From sequence record DRR723986_14832: DNA of 50,275 nucleotides. One strand, given 5' to 3'. Within the stretch, counting starts at the first letter, position 1. Every line of letters starts with the position of its first letter. Below the pieces are notes generated by a model. The model saw only the letters and a program-made list of their open reading frames with translations, searched no databases and had not been told where the DNA came from. Shown here piece after piece: positions 9,636 to 20,484 of the stretch. The position numbers were made by a program, and so were the translations under genes.

Positions 9636-10874
9636 ATGAAATCCCTCTACTCCTCCGCGATTTTCTTACTATCAGTTTTTGTTTTTTCTTCCTGCCATGA
9701 TGAAATGAATTCTTCATACACTTATCGGACAATGATGCCCGTCTATTACGAAATGAGCGATATCAGGGCAAGAGTCATTACTACCGAGCCGGCCCAACCG
9801 TTGGACAATCCTGGCAAAATCTACATTTATCAAGATTACCTTTTTATCAACGAACCCACAAAAGGTATTCACATACTGAATAATGAAAATCCTGCCAACC
9901 CTATCAATTTAAGCTTTATTCCAATTGCAGGTAACGTAGATTTAGCAGTAAACGGTAACATTCTTTATGCTGATAATTACGTCGACTTGTTGGCTTTTGA
10001 CATTAGTAATATTGCAAACATTAAACTTATCAAAAGGATAGAAGATGTTTTTACTCATATGTATTACCATCAAACCGGTGAAATTATCACATTTAAGGAC
10101 ACCGTACTGACATCAGAAAACCCAAACTGGGGAGGAGAATTTTGGCTGATGAATTCCAGCATGAGCTTTTCTGCTAATTACTCCGCAGCGTCTCAAAGCT
10201 ATGGTACAGGTGGATCTATGGCTAGATTCACACTTTCTAATGAGCATCTTTACGCTGTAGACGAATCTACCTTACGGGTATTTGATGTTAAAACAGCTTC
10301 CAATCCCACTTTTGTAAAACCTATTGATTTGGGCTGGGGAATAGAAACTATTTTTCCTTTTCAGGACAAACTGTTCATAGGTTCAAATGTAGGTATGCAT
10401 ATTTACGATGCGAGTACACCTAATTCCCCTACTCGAATGGCTGTATATGAGCACGTACAAGCCTGCGATCCTGTGGTGGTTAATGAAGATTACGCCTTTG
10501 TAACCCTCAGAAATGGAACTGCATGCAATGGCGTGGATGAACTGCATGTCATCGATATTAATGACTTGTACAATCCAACACTAAAAAAATCTTACCCTAT
10601 GCTTAATCCTCACGGTTTAGGTTTGGCAGGAAACTTTCTCTACATAGCGGAAGGTGCGCACGGTTTAAAAAGCTTCAATGCAACTGATGTTATGAACATA
10701 GATCAAAATCAACTTGAATTCTTGACCGATCAAAAGTCGGTCGATTTGATTCCGGGGCCTAAATCCCTAATTGTTATTGGCCCAGATGGCGTATGCCAAT
10801 TTGACTACAGCAATCCAGCTAAACTGAAAAAACTTAGCTGTATCCAAGTCACAAATCCTACCCAGTTTTATTGA
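9636..10874 (+). CDS. LVIVD-repeat lipoprotein
   Basis: Lipobox FSSC; repeated 'YLFI..GIHIL / LLAFDISN / LHVIDIND' units; GTGGSMARF and ACDPVV. Confidence 0.85.
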   Translation: MKSLYSSAIFLLSVFVFSSCHDEMNSSYTYRTMMPVYYEMSDIRARVITTEPAQPLDNPGKIYIYQDYLFINEPTKGIHILNNENPANPINLSFIPIAGNVDLAVNGNILYADNYVDLLAFDISNIANIKLIKRIEDVFTHMYYHQTGEIITFKDTVLTSENPNWGGEFWLMNSSMSFSANYSAASQSYGTGGSMARFTLSNEHLYAVDESTLRVFDVKTASNPTFVKPIDLGWGIETIFPFQDKLFIGSNVGMHIYDASTPNSPTRMAVYEHVQACDPVVVNEDYAFVTLRNGTACNGVDELHVIDINDLYNPTLKKSYPMLNPHGLGLAGNFLYIAEGAHGLKSFNATDVMNIDQNQLEFLTDQKSVDLIPGPKSLIVIGPDGVCQFDYSNPAKLKKLSCIQVTNPTQFY

Positions 10875-10881
10875 TAGGTAG

Positions 10882-11505
10882 ATGTTTCGAAAAGCTAAAC
10901 TCATATGTATTGGTTTACTATTCCTGAGTTTTAAAAGTCTGGCTCAGGAGAAGAAATATTTCGGGCAAACTGAAATTGGGATCTTATTTGGCAAAAGTGA
11001 GGAACAATGGGATGGAAATCAGGAAGAGCGGACAGATTTAACACTCCTCACCTATCATGGAATGAAGATCACTCGAAGTCATGTGGTTGGTTTTTCGGTA
11101 GGACTGGATCAATATGATGGCATTGCTATTTTACCGCTTGCATTTGGATACCGTGGATTTCTGGGAAAAGAAGGTAAACCGAAAATTTTTGGAGGGATAG
11201 ATTTGGGTTTTGGTTCGGCTATGCTGGAAAAAAGGGAAGAAACTGAGTGGAGCCAAAGCTGGTATAGAGGAGGATTAATGTTTAGCCCTTCGGTAGGATT
11301 CAGCTTTCCAGCCCGAAAAGGAAACTCTGCGCTTTCACTTAGCGTGGCATATAAACGGCAGGACATTTCCTATTTCCAAGGCATTTTGACCGGACCTGGT
11401 GCTCAAACCATCGTCTCCACCCAGCTACCTCCTGGATTCAGCTCCTTGTCAAAAACTGAAAATTTGTATAGAAGTTTTGTACTTCGTGCGGGATTGATGT
11501 TTTAG
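10882..11505 (+). CDS. Small outer-membrane beta-barrel protein, hypothetical
   Basis: Signal peptide, amphipathic strands and C-terminal LRAGLMF; 7 nt downstream of the LVIVD gene. Confidence 0.72.
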   Translation: MFRKAKLICIGLLFLSFKSLAQEKKYFGQTEIGILFGKSEEQWDGNQEERTDLTLLTYHGMKITRSHVVGFSVGLDQYDGIAILPLAFGYRGFLGKEGKPKIFGGIDLGFGSAMLEKREETEWSQSWYRGGLMFSPSVGFSFPARKGNSALSLSVAYKRQDISYFQGILTGPGAQTIVSTQLPPGFSSLSKTENLYRSFVLRAGLMF

Positions 11506-11508
11506 AAT

Positions 11509-14373
11509 CTACCTACCACAAATCTCCCGATACGGACAGTACTCGCATTTCTTCACATCTTCCGTTTGGTCAAATGGAATTTCAGGATTGTAGATATCCT
11601 CCAAAAGTGATTTAAGACCTGCCCTATAATCCTCTTCAAATTGTCTGTAATCATCAACTTCAATTCCTGTCTTATAAGGCAGTTTCTGTTGTAAATAGGG
11701 ATTGAAATCATCCCCAAACATTTCCCTTAGATTGAAAATCGCAGGTTTAAGAGGCAAGGTATTGCTAGGATTTGTAGCTTGATAGATCAATCCATAAAAC
11801 ATCGTTTGCATCGCTGCTTTATTTCGGGACTTATGCTCACGATCAAAAAGTGACTCCACATCAGGGAAAGTCTTATTGTCCTGACCTGATTTGTAATCGT
11901 TCAGCCTTACAGAACCGTTATGCTCATCCACGCGGTCAATGATTCCTTTTAGAGACACCGTTTGCGGTCCAGCTGCGGTTTCAATAGGCAGGCCTGCAGT
12001 ATATTTTTTCTCTTTCTCCAGAGAAATCAACTTAAATGGCGCAGAATCCTCATCAATTTTCAAAATCTGATGCAGGTATTTCTGCAGTACATCACGCGCG
12101 ATGGCCATCTGCCCATTAAGTTTTGTATCTACTTCATCTTCTAAATGATAGAATTGGCGTATGGCTTTTTCAATTGCCGGAAACACCCAATTCTTACTCA
12201 ACTCATCGAAATCTGACTTTTCCAGCAAAGTTCTATTCTTTCGCTTCGCAAAATCCTGATATAAAATCTCCATGCTCAGGTGAGCCAGATTTCCAAAAAC
12301 AGCGGCATCAATCTCCTCACTTACCTCCTGCTTTTCCTGAATATTTGCCAGGTACTGAAGGTAGAATTTCAGCCTACAATCCAGAAATACGCTTAGCGCA
12401 GATGGTGAAAATGAAGTCTTGGATTGCCCAGACTCATCGATCAGATACTTATCCAACAAGCCTAGAACTTCAGAATCCTTTTGGATGGTAATTGCTTCCG
12501 GTGATTTCTGATCGATAGGTATGAAAACAACCTCTTCCTCCATCTCTCTTCCAAGCTCCACTCCCATTTGCTGCATGTAACGGCTCTTTTCTCCTGCTTT
12601 TCCCTGATCCGAAGCTGTGGTATAAATCATATGAACTTCCTCCGCACTATGCAATAATCTATAGAAAGTATAGGCATAAATAGAGTCATTCTGCTCTTGC
12701 ACTGGCAAGCCAAAGGCTTTGCGAATATTAAAAGGAATCATGGAATTCAGACCTGCTGAAGGAGGAAAGCTATCCTCATTCATATTGCAAATGATCACTC
12801 GCTTGAAGTCAAGGTTTCTGGATTCCAACACGCCCATGATTTGTAAACCTTGAAGTGGCTCACCTTCAAAAGGCAATTTGACCTCCCGAAAAATTTGACG
12901 AAAAAGGCGAATAAAGAATTCTCTATTAATGGAAAGAATATCCTGACCTGCAAAAATCTCACGTAATCTCGTAAGTTGCTTGAAGCATTGATACAAATAA
13001 GAACGCTGCAAAGGCTCATCCTTCAATCGCTCAGCCAAAGCTTCCATCAGCTTAGCCAGATAGGGAAAAAGAGAATCATTCTCCAACTTTTGAAAGATCA
13101 ATTGAAACAACCCACCTCCTTTATGAAGCTTTTCTGCCGAGACATGAATCTTGTTCAAAAGCTGCATTTCTTCCATCAAGTCCTCTGCAAATCCCGGATT
13201 GGCACTTTTGAGATAGATGGAGCTTAAGAGATTTTTTACGGCAGTATGATAAAACAATATTTTCCCATCCTCTTCTTTGATGAAACGCTGCATCTCCAGC
13301 ACAGCTTCCAAAAAGGAGTAAACCGGCGCATTTTTCACAGGATAACCCATGGTTACGTTCACCTTATCGACTTGCTCAGGAAGTGTATGCAATACAGGAA
13401 AAAGCATCTGCTCGTCTGGCAAAATAACCACAGTTTCTTCCCATGCTTCCCCAGCTGGAATCTTCTCTAGGATTGAACCAACCAAATTTGCCTGATTGGT
13501 CTTCAGAGGAGTTGCGTAGGTCTTGATCCTTGCCTTCCTATCATCAATCTGGGTAGGAATGTGTTCCGGAAAAGTTGGCCCAAAGATCTTGTCCTTTTGA
13601 TAATCACGAAAAAACAAACCTGCTTCTTGGACTTTATCCTCTAAATAATAGGCATCAATATCCCAGTAAATCTTTGCCTCAAATTCAGTGATATAATGTT
13701 TGATCAAGACTTCTTCAGTTCCTGTGAAGGCATTAAACCCCACAAAATGATGTACTTTCTCAGGTCGAGGAATGCTCTCCAAACCCTCCGCAACTTTTCT
13801 ATACAACATCCCAGAATAAGCCAAACCGGATACTGCAAGTGAAGCCTGAAAACTAGTGTAAAGCGGACTTAGCAATTGCCAGAACTTCAAAAACTTTTCC
13901 TGATGATCCCTATCCTGATTTACAAATGATGCCCAAAATTGCCAAATCAAAGCAAGCTGACTCTCGGTCAGAAAACTCAAATCCGACTCTAATTCCTTGA
14001 TTTCAGACAAATGATGGTAGAGTTTACCAGCATCCGCCATGAACTGATCCACATCATTGAAATCCTTCAGGATCATTTCTCCCCAGAAATAGAATCGATC
14101 GAAAGTTTCGGCTTCTGGATTAAGATCCTGGTAGACTCGATACAATTCAAAAATTAAGGTCAAATCATCAGCAGGTCTGTTTCCTGCTAGATCATAGAAT
14201 ATCTCTTCGATAGTCTTCACTTCAGGCATCCACGTGGGTTCGCTGATCAGACTCCCAAGGTGTTGAGTGAAAAATAATCCTGCTCGCCTATTAGGCAAAA
14301 CTACGGTGAGCTTTTGCAGATCAACTCCACTTTCGAGGATTTCTTTGGCTGTATTTCTTAAAAAACTATGCAT
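11509..14373 (-). CDS. addB: AddB-like subunit: inactive helicase + PD-(D/E)XK nuclease with Fe-S cluster
   Basis: VVLPNRRA, GVLESRNLDF, SPSAL..FLDC, GIIDRVD..DYKSG and CEYCPYREIC; overlaps the addA stop. Confidence 0.88.
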   Translation of the reverse strand: MHSFLRNTAKEILESGVDLQKLTVVLPNRRAGLFFTQHLGSLISEPTWMPEVKTIEEIFYDLAGNRPADDLTLIFELYRVYQDLNPEAETFDRFYFWGEMILKDFNDVDQFMADAGKLYHHLSEIKELESDLSFLTESQLALIWQFWASFVNQDRDHQEKFLKFWQLLSPLYTSFQASLAVSGLAYSGMLYRKVAEGLESIPRPEKVHHFVGFNAFTGTEEVLIKHYITEFEAKIYWDIDAYYLEDKVQEAGLFFRDYQKDKIFGPTFPEHIPTQIDDRKARIKTYATPLKTNQANLVGSILEKIPAGEAWEETVVILPDEQMLFPVLHTLPEQVDKVNVTMGYPVKNAPVYSFLEAVLEMQRFIKEEDGKILFYHTAVKNLLSSIYLKSANPGFAEDLMEEMQLLNKIHVSAEKLHKGGGLFQLIFQKLENDSLFPYLAKLMEALAERLKDEPLQRSYLYQCFKQLTRLREIFAGQDILSINREFFIRLFRQIFREVKLPFEGEPLQGLQIMGVLESRNLDFKRVIICNMNEDSFPPSAGLNSMIPFNIRKAFGLPVQEQNDSIYAYTFYRLLHSAEEVHMIYTTASDQGKAGEKSRYMQQMGVELGREMEEEVVFIPIDQKSPEAITIQKDSEVLGLLDKYLIDESGQSKTSFSPSALSVFLDCRLKFYLQYLANIQEKQEVSEEIDAAVFGNLAHLSMEILYQDFAKRKNRTLLEKSDFDELSKNWVFPAIEKAIRQFYHLEDEVDTKLNGQMAIARDVLQKYLHQILKIDEDSAPFKLISLEKEKKYTAGLPIETAAGPQTVSLKGIIDRVDEHNGSVRLNDYKSGQDNKTFPDVESLFDREHKSRNKAAMQTMFYGLIYQATNPSNTLPLKPAIFNLREMFGDDFNPYLQQKLPYKTGIEVDDYRQFEEDYRAGLKSLLEDIYNPEIPFDQTEDVKKCEYCPYREICGR

Positions 14374-17300
14374 TGATTTCCTCGATTACTCCTGTTTCTA
14401 AATAACATAAATAGCCCTTTGTTGGCTTCTGGGATAGCTTTGACACCAATTCCATATATTCTCTCACTTGATTGGCATAGCGACTTTGAGCCTCACCCGT
14501 TTTAAAATCCACGATCACAGCTTCATTTTCATTTAGGATAATTCGATCTGGCCTTTTCTGCTTTCCTCCTGGTAAAAGAATCCCCTGTTCGGCCAATAAA
14601 ATACCTTTGGTGCCAAACCAGGAAGCAAAAAGTGAATCCTTAAATAAATGTTCCAATTGTTGCTCGACTAGCTGTTTTTCCTCCTCGTTCAATCTTCCTT
14701 CAAAATAGAATGACTGCAAATTCTGTAATGCTGAAGCCTTGTCGACAGACAATTCCAAGATCTCATGCACAATCAAGCCAAACTTCTGTTTCTTCCGCTG
14801 CTCAATTCCTTCCATCGAAAAATCAACCGCATATTTCTTTAGCGTAAGCACTTCAGCCCAGTTTTTATAGGCCCAGCGAAGTTCTGGAGATTTTCCAGGA
14901 AGTATTGATTTCACTTGATTTACAGGCCATTCGCCTAACTCAAATACTTTTGACTCTGAGTCATAATAAGAAATCAAACTTAAATTAGACTCTGGATCGG
15001 TATGGGATTGAACCAATTGCTGAAGCTGGACTTCGATTGAATTCTGCGAACCGATTTTCTCCTTGTATGGTATAAAACCAAAAAAGACATCCTCTGCTCG
15101 TGTCAGCGCCACATATAGCATATTTAAGCTGTCCAAATAGGCCATCGTAGCTTCATCAGCGTAAGTAGCGCTGAAGTCAGAATTCGCCAAATCCCCACTT
15201 AATGTCAACGGAATAATAGCAGAGAGCCCTTTCTCTCTATCCTCAAATGGTGACCACACCACATTGCCCTTCGTAATATCAAAGATTGTCCACTTCAGGA
15301 AGGGCATCATGACCACCTTAAATTGTAGACCTTTTGACTTATGAATTGTGAGAATTCGCATTGCATTATGACCATCAGGGATTTTGACGGTGCGCTTAGT
15401 CTGATTGGTTTCCCACCATTCCAAGAAACCGCTCAAATCCGCCCTATTATTGGCTGTGAAGTCATATACAGCCTCCTTAAATCCCGAGATATAAGCCTTT
15501 TCCAGGCCCAACTCCATCAATCCAAGCACTTTGATCAACTCCTCCAATGCTTCCATCAGAGGAAGTTGAAGCATCAAATTTTCCTTTTCCTGAAATTGCT
15601 TAACCTGATCTTCCAGAAAGTCTGGCATCTTATCCAAAGCAAACAATTCGTGATCTACGGGAGCATCCATTAGCACTGCCAGATAATACCACATGGTTTT
15701 GTACTGAACTTTATCGGCTGGATTGTGCAGGTAATTGAAGCCAGAAACAAGTGCTTTCACCGAAGCCGACTTATTTAAATACATAGACTCATCGGAAAGT
15801 ACATCGAAGCGGTATGGAGTGTCTGGATGCTCCGCCGCATAGCTCATCATGCAATCTGCTATCGCTTCACCCTCTGATCTTGTTCTCACTAGAAAAGCGA
15901 TATCCTCCAGTTCATATCCATGATCCTGCAACTCCATGACCCGCTCAGGCAATTTTCCTAGAACGATCTCATCGAACTTACCCACCTCTTCTTCATCCTT
16001 GGGATCGATAAATTCCAGTTTAACCTTTCCCTTAAAAGCTGACTTTTCCTTTTTAGGGGAAATTTTCTGAAAAGAATCGGCATAAGCTTGAGAAAGAATT
16101 TGCGCATTTTCAACTCCATAACTTGAACCCAAAACCTGCTCCATTGCCCGTGGCAAGGCCTTAAAAACCGCATTATTGAAGTTGATGATATTGGGAAGGC
16201 TGCGGAAATTCGTGTCCAGATTCTCCAATTGTATGCTTTCCTTTCCAATTTCATCCTCCACCTGTGAAAGCAATAATTTCATCTCACCACCTCGCCAGCG
16301 ATAGATCGATTGCTTTACATCTCCTACCAATAAATTGGTTTGGCCTTGACCAAGGGAATTTTCTAGCAGAGGTTTGAAACTATCCCATTGAAAACCTGAG
16401 GTATCCTGAAATTCATCAATCAGGTAGTTCTTGTACTGATTGCCGACTTTCTCATAGATGAAAGGCGTATCATTTCCTTTGGTGATTTCCTTTAGAAATT
16501 CATTTGCATCGGAAATAAGTAGAATATTTTCCTCGTCTTTGATTAGCGTAAGTTCGTCTAGAAGATTCCTAAAAACCCCATAGACATAGCTGTTTTGTGC
16601 AATGGCCTGAAGTGTATTCCACTTACCTGTAAGAACCAAAATTTGGTGGAAAATCTGATTTAAACCTTGATCGTAGGCAGATAGAATAGCATCCGTTTGC
16701 TTACTTGTTTTGGTATGCCAGCTTGCGGGATTGTCTATTTTAGCTAATGTCGCGGGTGTAAGCTCGGGAAGGGGATTGCTTCGATCACCAAGCTTGTCCA
16801 ATATTTTGATAAAGCCTCGATTAAAATCCGACCATTCCAATCCATTTGCAATGCGAATAGCTTCCGCTTGCTTACCTAACTCTTTTGCTAAGTTGACAAT
16901 CTCATTTTTACGCTCCCTTACAAAAGACTGTAGTAAAGTGATATTTTCTTTATCCTTCAGAAACTCCTTGATTTCAGGAGCATATTTTTTAAAATCTTCC
17001 TGAAAAATCTGCTGACCTAAGCCCCGGATATTTCGTCTAATGTCCCAGGATTTTCCATTTTGGATTTGCTCGTAGGCATAGTCCACCAACCACTTGTGCA
17101 GAAATTCATCCTCCATTACAAGCATTACTACCCGATCCACCACGCGCTCCAAAACTGCAGTTTGATCCAATTCCACATCAAATTTGGCATTTAGGTCAAT
17201 CTCCCGGGCAAAGGCTCGCACCACTTTTTGGAAGAAACTATCGATGGTACTCACAGAGAATCTTCCATAATCATGAAGAATCGCAGTGAGCGTCTGCTGA

Positions 17301-17575
17301 GCCAATAGTTTTAGGCCGGCTTCATCCACTCTCAAGGTGCTCATCAGTTCAGAATCCATCTTTTCATCTGGATTCACTTGATTCCGCAGGCGTTTCAGTT
17401 CTTCCACGATCCGCTCTTTCATCTCCTGTGTAGCCTTATTGGTAAAGGTCACAGCAAGAATTTGCTTGAAAGCATGCGGGCTCCTAAGGGCAAGTTTGAG
17501 GTACTCCAGCGTCAGCGTGTAGGTTTTCCCAGAGCCCGCTGAGGACTTGTAAATGATGAAAGGTTTTTGATCCAT
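14366..17575 (-). CDS. addA: AddA-like UvrD helicase-nuclease
   Basis: SAGSGKT, TFTNKAT, DEFQDTS, GDVKQSIYRWR, NFRS, TIHKSKGLQF, YVALTRA, and C-terminal RPDR..VDFKTG. Confidence 0.92.
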   Translation of the reverse strand: MDQKPFIIYKSSAGSGKTYTLTLEYLKLALRSPHAFKQILAVTFTNKATQEMKERIVEELKRLRNQVNPDEKMDSELMSTLRVDEAGLKLLAQQTLTAILHDYGRFSVSTIDSFFQKVVRAFAREIDLNAKFDVELDQTAVLERVVDRVVMLVMEDEFLHKWLVDYAYEQIQNGKSWDIRRNIRGLGQQIFQEDFKKYAPEIKEFLKDKENITLLQSFVRERKNEIVNLAKELGKQAEAIRIANGLEWSDFNRGFIKILDKLGDRSNPLPELTPATLAKIDNPASWHTKTSKQTDAILSAYDQGLNQIFHQILVLTGKWNTLQAIAQNSYVYGVFRNLLDELTLIKDEENILLISDANEFLKEITKGNDTPFIYEKVGNQYKNYLIDEFQDTSGFQWDSFKPLLENSLGQGQTNLLVGDVKQSIYRWRGGEMKLLLSQVEDEIGKESIQLENLDTNFRSLPNIINFNNAVFKALPRAMEQVLGSSYGVENAQILSQAYADSFQKISPKKEKSAFKGKVKLEFIDPKDEEEVGKFDEIVLGKLPERVMELQDHGYELEDIAFLVRTRSEGEAIADCMMSYAAEHPDTPYRFDVLSDESMYLNKSASVKALVSGFNYLHNPADKVQYKTMWYYLAVLMDAPVDHELFALDKMPDFLEDQVKQFQEKENLMLQLPLMEALEELIKVLGLMELGLEKAYISGFKEAVYDFTANNRADLSGFLEWWETNQTKRTVKIPDGHNAMRILTIHKSKGLQFKVVMMPFLKWTIFDITKGNVVWSPFEDREKGLSAIIPLTLSGDLANSDFSATYADEATMAYLDSLNMLYVALTRAEDVFFGFIPYKEKIGSQNSIEVQLQQLVQSHTDPESNLSLISYYDSESKVFELGEWPVNQVKSILPGKSPELRWAYKNWAEVLTLKKYAVDFSMEGIEQRKKQKFGLIVHEILELSVDKASALQNLQSFYFEGRLNEEEKQLVEQQLEHLFKDSLFASWFGTKGILLAEQGILLPGGKQKRPDRIILNENEAVIVDFKTGEAQSRYANQVREYMELVSKLSQKPTKGYLCYLETGVIEEINA

Positions 17576-17748
17576 ATAGAAAAAGTAAGGGAACTAAGAT
17601 AAGGAAGGAAGTCAGTTTCAAGGCTATTGAACTCAAGCTTTGACGAATATTGTCGGATAAAAATGCAGCAAGTTCACAAGTTCATGGTTTAATAAAGTCT
17701 TGGATTTAGCAATGATTTTTCGATCTTTTACCCTCAAACCCATAACCT

Positions 17749-19902
17749 ATGTACAAACCTATTTATCTGTCAGCCATACTTTGGATCTGCTTTACAGTTT
17801 CTTCCCTAGCCAACGACGGCTACAAACTCTGGCTAGATTATCAGCCTATCAGCGATTCCCAATTAAAATCTCAAGTCGAACCTTTGCTCTCTGGAGTCTA
17901 CTTTTTCGGGGAAAATCCGACCTACGAAGCCATACGAAATGAGCTGAATCTAGCTTCCAAAAGTTTGCTTGGCAAAAGTCCGATTTACACTAAAGAGCGA
18001 TTGCAAAACACAAAGCTTTGGATAGGTACACGAGAGCAACTTTCGCAGGTCTTATCTCTTGATCAACAAACCCAAATCAAGGAATTAGGAAGCGAAGGAT
18101 ACTGGAGAGGCCAAATAGAACTAGATGGAAAATCCTTTTATGCCATCGTGGGAAACCAACCTATCGGAGCACTTTATGGAGTCTATAATTGGCTAAATTC
18201 TATTCAAAGTACAACTTTCGATAAGTCCATAGAAATAACTGACAGTCCGAAGATTAAACTTAGAATGTTAAACCATTGGGACAACTTGGATCGCACCGTA
18301 GAAAGAGGCTATGCAGGATTTTCTATTTGGGATTGGCATAAGCTTCCAGGCTACGTTGATCCACGCTATACTGACTACGCCCGGGCAAATGCTTCCATTG
18401 GAATCAATGCAGTTTCGCTGACCAATGTGAATGCAAATGCCTTGATTTTGACCACCGATTTCATGAAAAAAGTGAAGGTGTTGGCAGATATTTTCAGACC
18501 ATATGGCATCAAAGTTTTTCTTACCGCCCGATTCTCCGCACCGATTCAACTCGATGGTCTGAAGACAGCTGATCCATTGGATCCAGAAGTGATTGCTTTC
18601 TGGAAAAAGATGACCGATGAGATCTATTCTTTTATTCCGGATTTCGGAGGATTTCTGGTCAAAGCAAATTCCGAAGGACAACCCGGTCCGCATGAATATG
18701 GAAGAAATCATGCCGAAGGAGCAAATATGCTGGCTAATGCACTAGGGCCTCACGGAGGAGTTTTAATATGGAGAGCTTTTGTCTATTCACACGAAGATGA
18801 TGTGGACAGACACATGCAGGCAAATAATGAGTTTGAGCCTTTGGATGGAAAATTCAAAGACAATGTGATCATTCAAATCAAAAACGGAGCGATAGATTTC
18901 CAACCGCGTGAGCCTGTTCACCCACTTTATGGTGCGATTAACAAAACCAATGTTGGCATGGAATTCCAGATCACTCAGGAATACTTGGGTCAAGCTACCA
19001 ATCTTGTGTACCTCGCCCCTATGTGGGAAGAAGTGCTCAAAACGAAAACCTTTCGCCCAACTCCTAACTCGACAATTGCAAGTATATTGGAAGGAAAAGA
19101 AAGCGGTCAGAAACTGACCTTAATCGCTGGAGTTTCCAATATTGGAACAGATCGAAACTGGACTGGTCATTTATTTGGACAGTCAAACTGGTATGCTTTT
19201 GGACGACAAGCGTGGGATCCAAATCTGGAATCCAAGCAAATCGCAGATGAATGGATCAAACTGACATTTGGCACAAACCCCGATGTGCTGTCAAAAATTG
19301 AAGATATCATGCTTTCGTCTCATGAAGCAGCTGTGGATTATATGACTCCTCTTGGTTTGCACCATATTATGGGCAGAAGCCATCATTATGGACCTGGACC
19401 TTGGGTGATGGGCGGCAGAGCTGATTGGACTGCCCCATATTATCATAATGCCGATAGCTTGGGAATTGGATTTGACAGAACCACTGCAGGAAGTGGAGCC
19501 CTTGATCAATACGCTCCTGAGGTCGCTAAAGCATGGTCAGATCCACATCAGATCCCTGAGAAATACTTGCTGTGGTTCCACCATGTGCCTTGGGATTTTA
19601 AACTCAAAGACGGAAACACACTTTGGGAAGGAATCGCCTATCACTACGACAGAGGGGTAAAAAAAGTAAGGAAAATGCAGGAAATTTGGGCAAGTCTGGA
19701 ATCGGAAATTGATCCAGCTGAGTTTGAACATGTGCGACAACTATTGGAAGTTCAGAAAGAGGAAGCAGAATGGTGGAGAAATGCCTGTTTACTATACTTC
19801 CAAACCTTCTCTAATCGTCCATTTCCAACTGATATAGAGCAACCTGAGGGAGATTTGGAATATTACAAAAGTCTTCAATTTCCAAATGCTCCGGGGATAT
19901 AG
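17749..19902 (+). CDS. aguA: Alpha-glucuronidase, GH67
   Basis: LWLDY, LRMLNHWDNLD, VERGYAG, KANSEGQPGP, DFQPREP and EFQITQEY; signal peptide. Confidence 0.95.
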   Translation: MYKPIYLSAILWICFTVSSLANDGYKLWLDYQPISDSQLKSQVEPLLSGVYFFGENPTYEAIRNELNLASKSLLGKSPIYTKERLQNTKLWIGTREQLSQVLSLDQQTQIKELGSEGYWRGQIELDGKSFYAIVGNQPIGALYGVYNWLNSIQSTTFDKSIEITDSPKIKLRMLNHWDNLDRTVERGYAGFSIWDWHKLPGYVDPRYTDYARANASIGINAVSLTNVNANALILTTDFMKKVKVLADIFRPYGIKVFLTARFSAPIQLDGLKTADPLDPEVIAFWKKMTDEIYSFIPDFGGFLVKANSEGQPGPHEYGRNHAEGANMLANALGPHGGVLIWRAFVYSHEDDVDRHMQANNEFEPLDGKFKDNVIIQIKNGAIDFQPREPVHPLYGAINKTNVGMEFQITQEYLGQATNLVYLAPMWEEVLKTKTFRPTPNSTIASILEGKESGQKLTLIAGVSNIGTDRNWTGHLFGQSNWYAFGRQAWDPNLESKQIADEWIKLTFGTNPDVLSKIEDIMLSSHEAAVDYMTPLGLHHIMGRSHHYGPGPWVMGGRADWTAPYYHNADSLGIGFDRTTAGSGALDQYAPEVAKAWSDPHQIPEKYLLWFHHVPWDFKLKDGNTLWEGIAYHYDRGVKKVRKMQEIWASLESEIDPAEFEHVRQLLEVQKEEAEWWRNACLLYFQTFSNRPFPTDIEQPEGDLEYYKSLQFPNAPGI

Positions 19903-19998
19903 AATTTGAAATTATTGATTTGAGATTTGAAATTTCCTCGGAAATAGGCACTAATCGTTAACTAGTTCGGTTAATTTCAAATCTCAAACTTCAAATTT
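19903..19998. repeat. Inverted repeat built from degenerate heptamers
   Basis: TTTGAGATTTGAAATT (19919-19934) and AATTTCAAATCTCAAA (19973-19988) are perfect 16-bp reverse complements, with outer AATTTGAA/TTCAAATT. Confidence 0.85.
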
Positions 19999-20484
19999 AT
20001 GAATGATTACACCATACCCGCCGCCACCCGCATAGGTCATATTCATCTTAAGGTTTCCGATCTTCAACGTTCTCTTGATTTCTATCAGGGTTTGCTAGGC
20101 TTTGAATTGGTCACCATGTACGGACAGGATGCAGCATTTATTTCTGCTGGAGGATATCATCATCATATTGGACTGAATACTTGGCAAAGTAAAGGTGGAA
20201 AACCCGCTCCGAAGAACACGGCGGGACTTTTTCATACGGCTATTTTGCTGCCAACAAGACGGGATCTTGCTGTTCTTTTGAAAAGACTACTCGATGAAAA
20301 GTATCCGCTAACAGGTGCTGCTGATCACGGCGTTTCTGAAGCAATTTATCTTGACGACCCAGATGAAAATGGAGTGGAATTGTATTGGGATAGGCCTCGT
20401 GAAGAATGGCCATTGAATCCAGATGGAAGTATTCAGATGTACACCAGACAATTGGATATTAACGGATTACTAGCCGAAATTTAA
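19999..20484 (+). CDS. VOC family protein, CatE-like
   Basis: IGHIHLKVSDL, GGYHHHIGLNTW and DHGVSEAIYLDDPD. Confidence 0.9.
   Translation: MNDYTIPAATRIGHIHLKVSDLQRSLDFYQGLLGFELVTMYGQDAAFISAGGYHHHIGLNTWQSKGGKPAPKNTAGLFHTAILLPTRRDLAVLLKRLLDEKYPLTGAADHGVSEAIYLDDPDENGVELYWDRPREEWPLNPDGSIQMYTRQLDINGLLAEI

Noticed and set aside
11509-17575. Helicase + nuclease pair as a novel defence system
   Set aside because: Motifs, sizes, the Fe-S cysteines and the gene overlap match the housekeeping AddAB recombination complex.
17749-19902. GH67 (and GH95 at 43576) as part of a polysaccharide utilisation locus
   Set aside because: No SusC/SusD pair or sensor-regulator is adjacent; both are stand-alone CAZymes.
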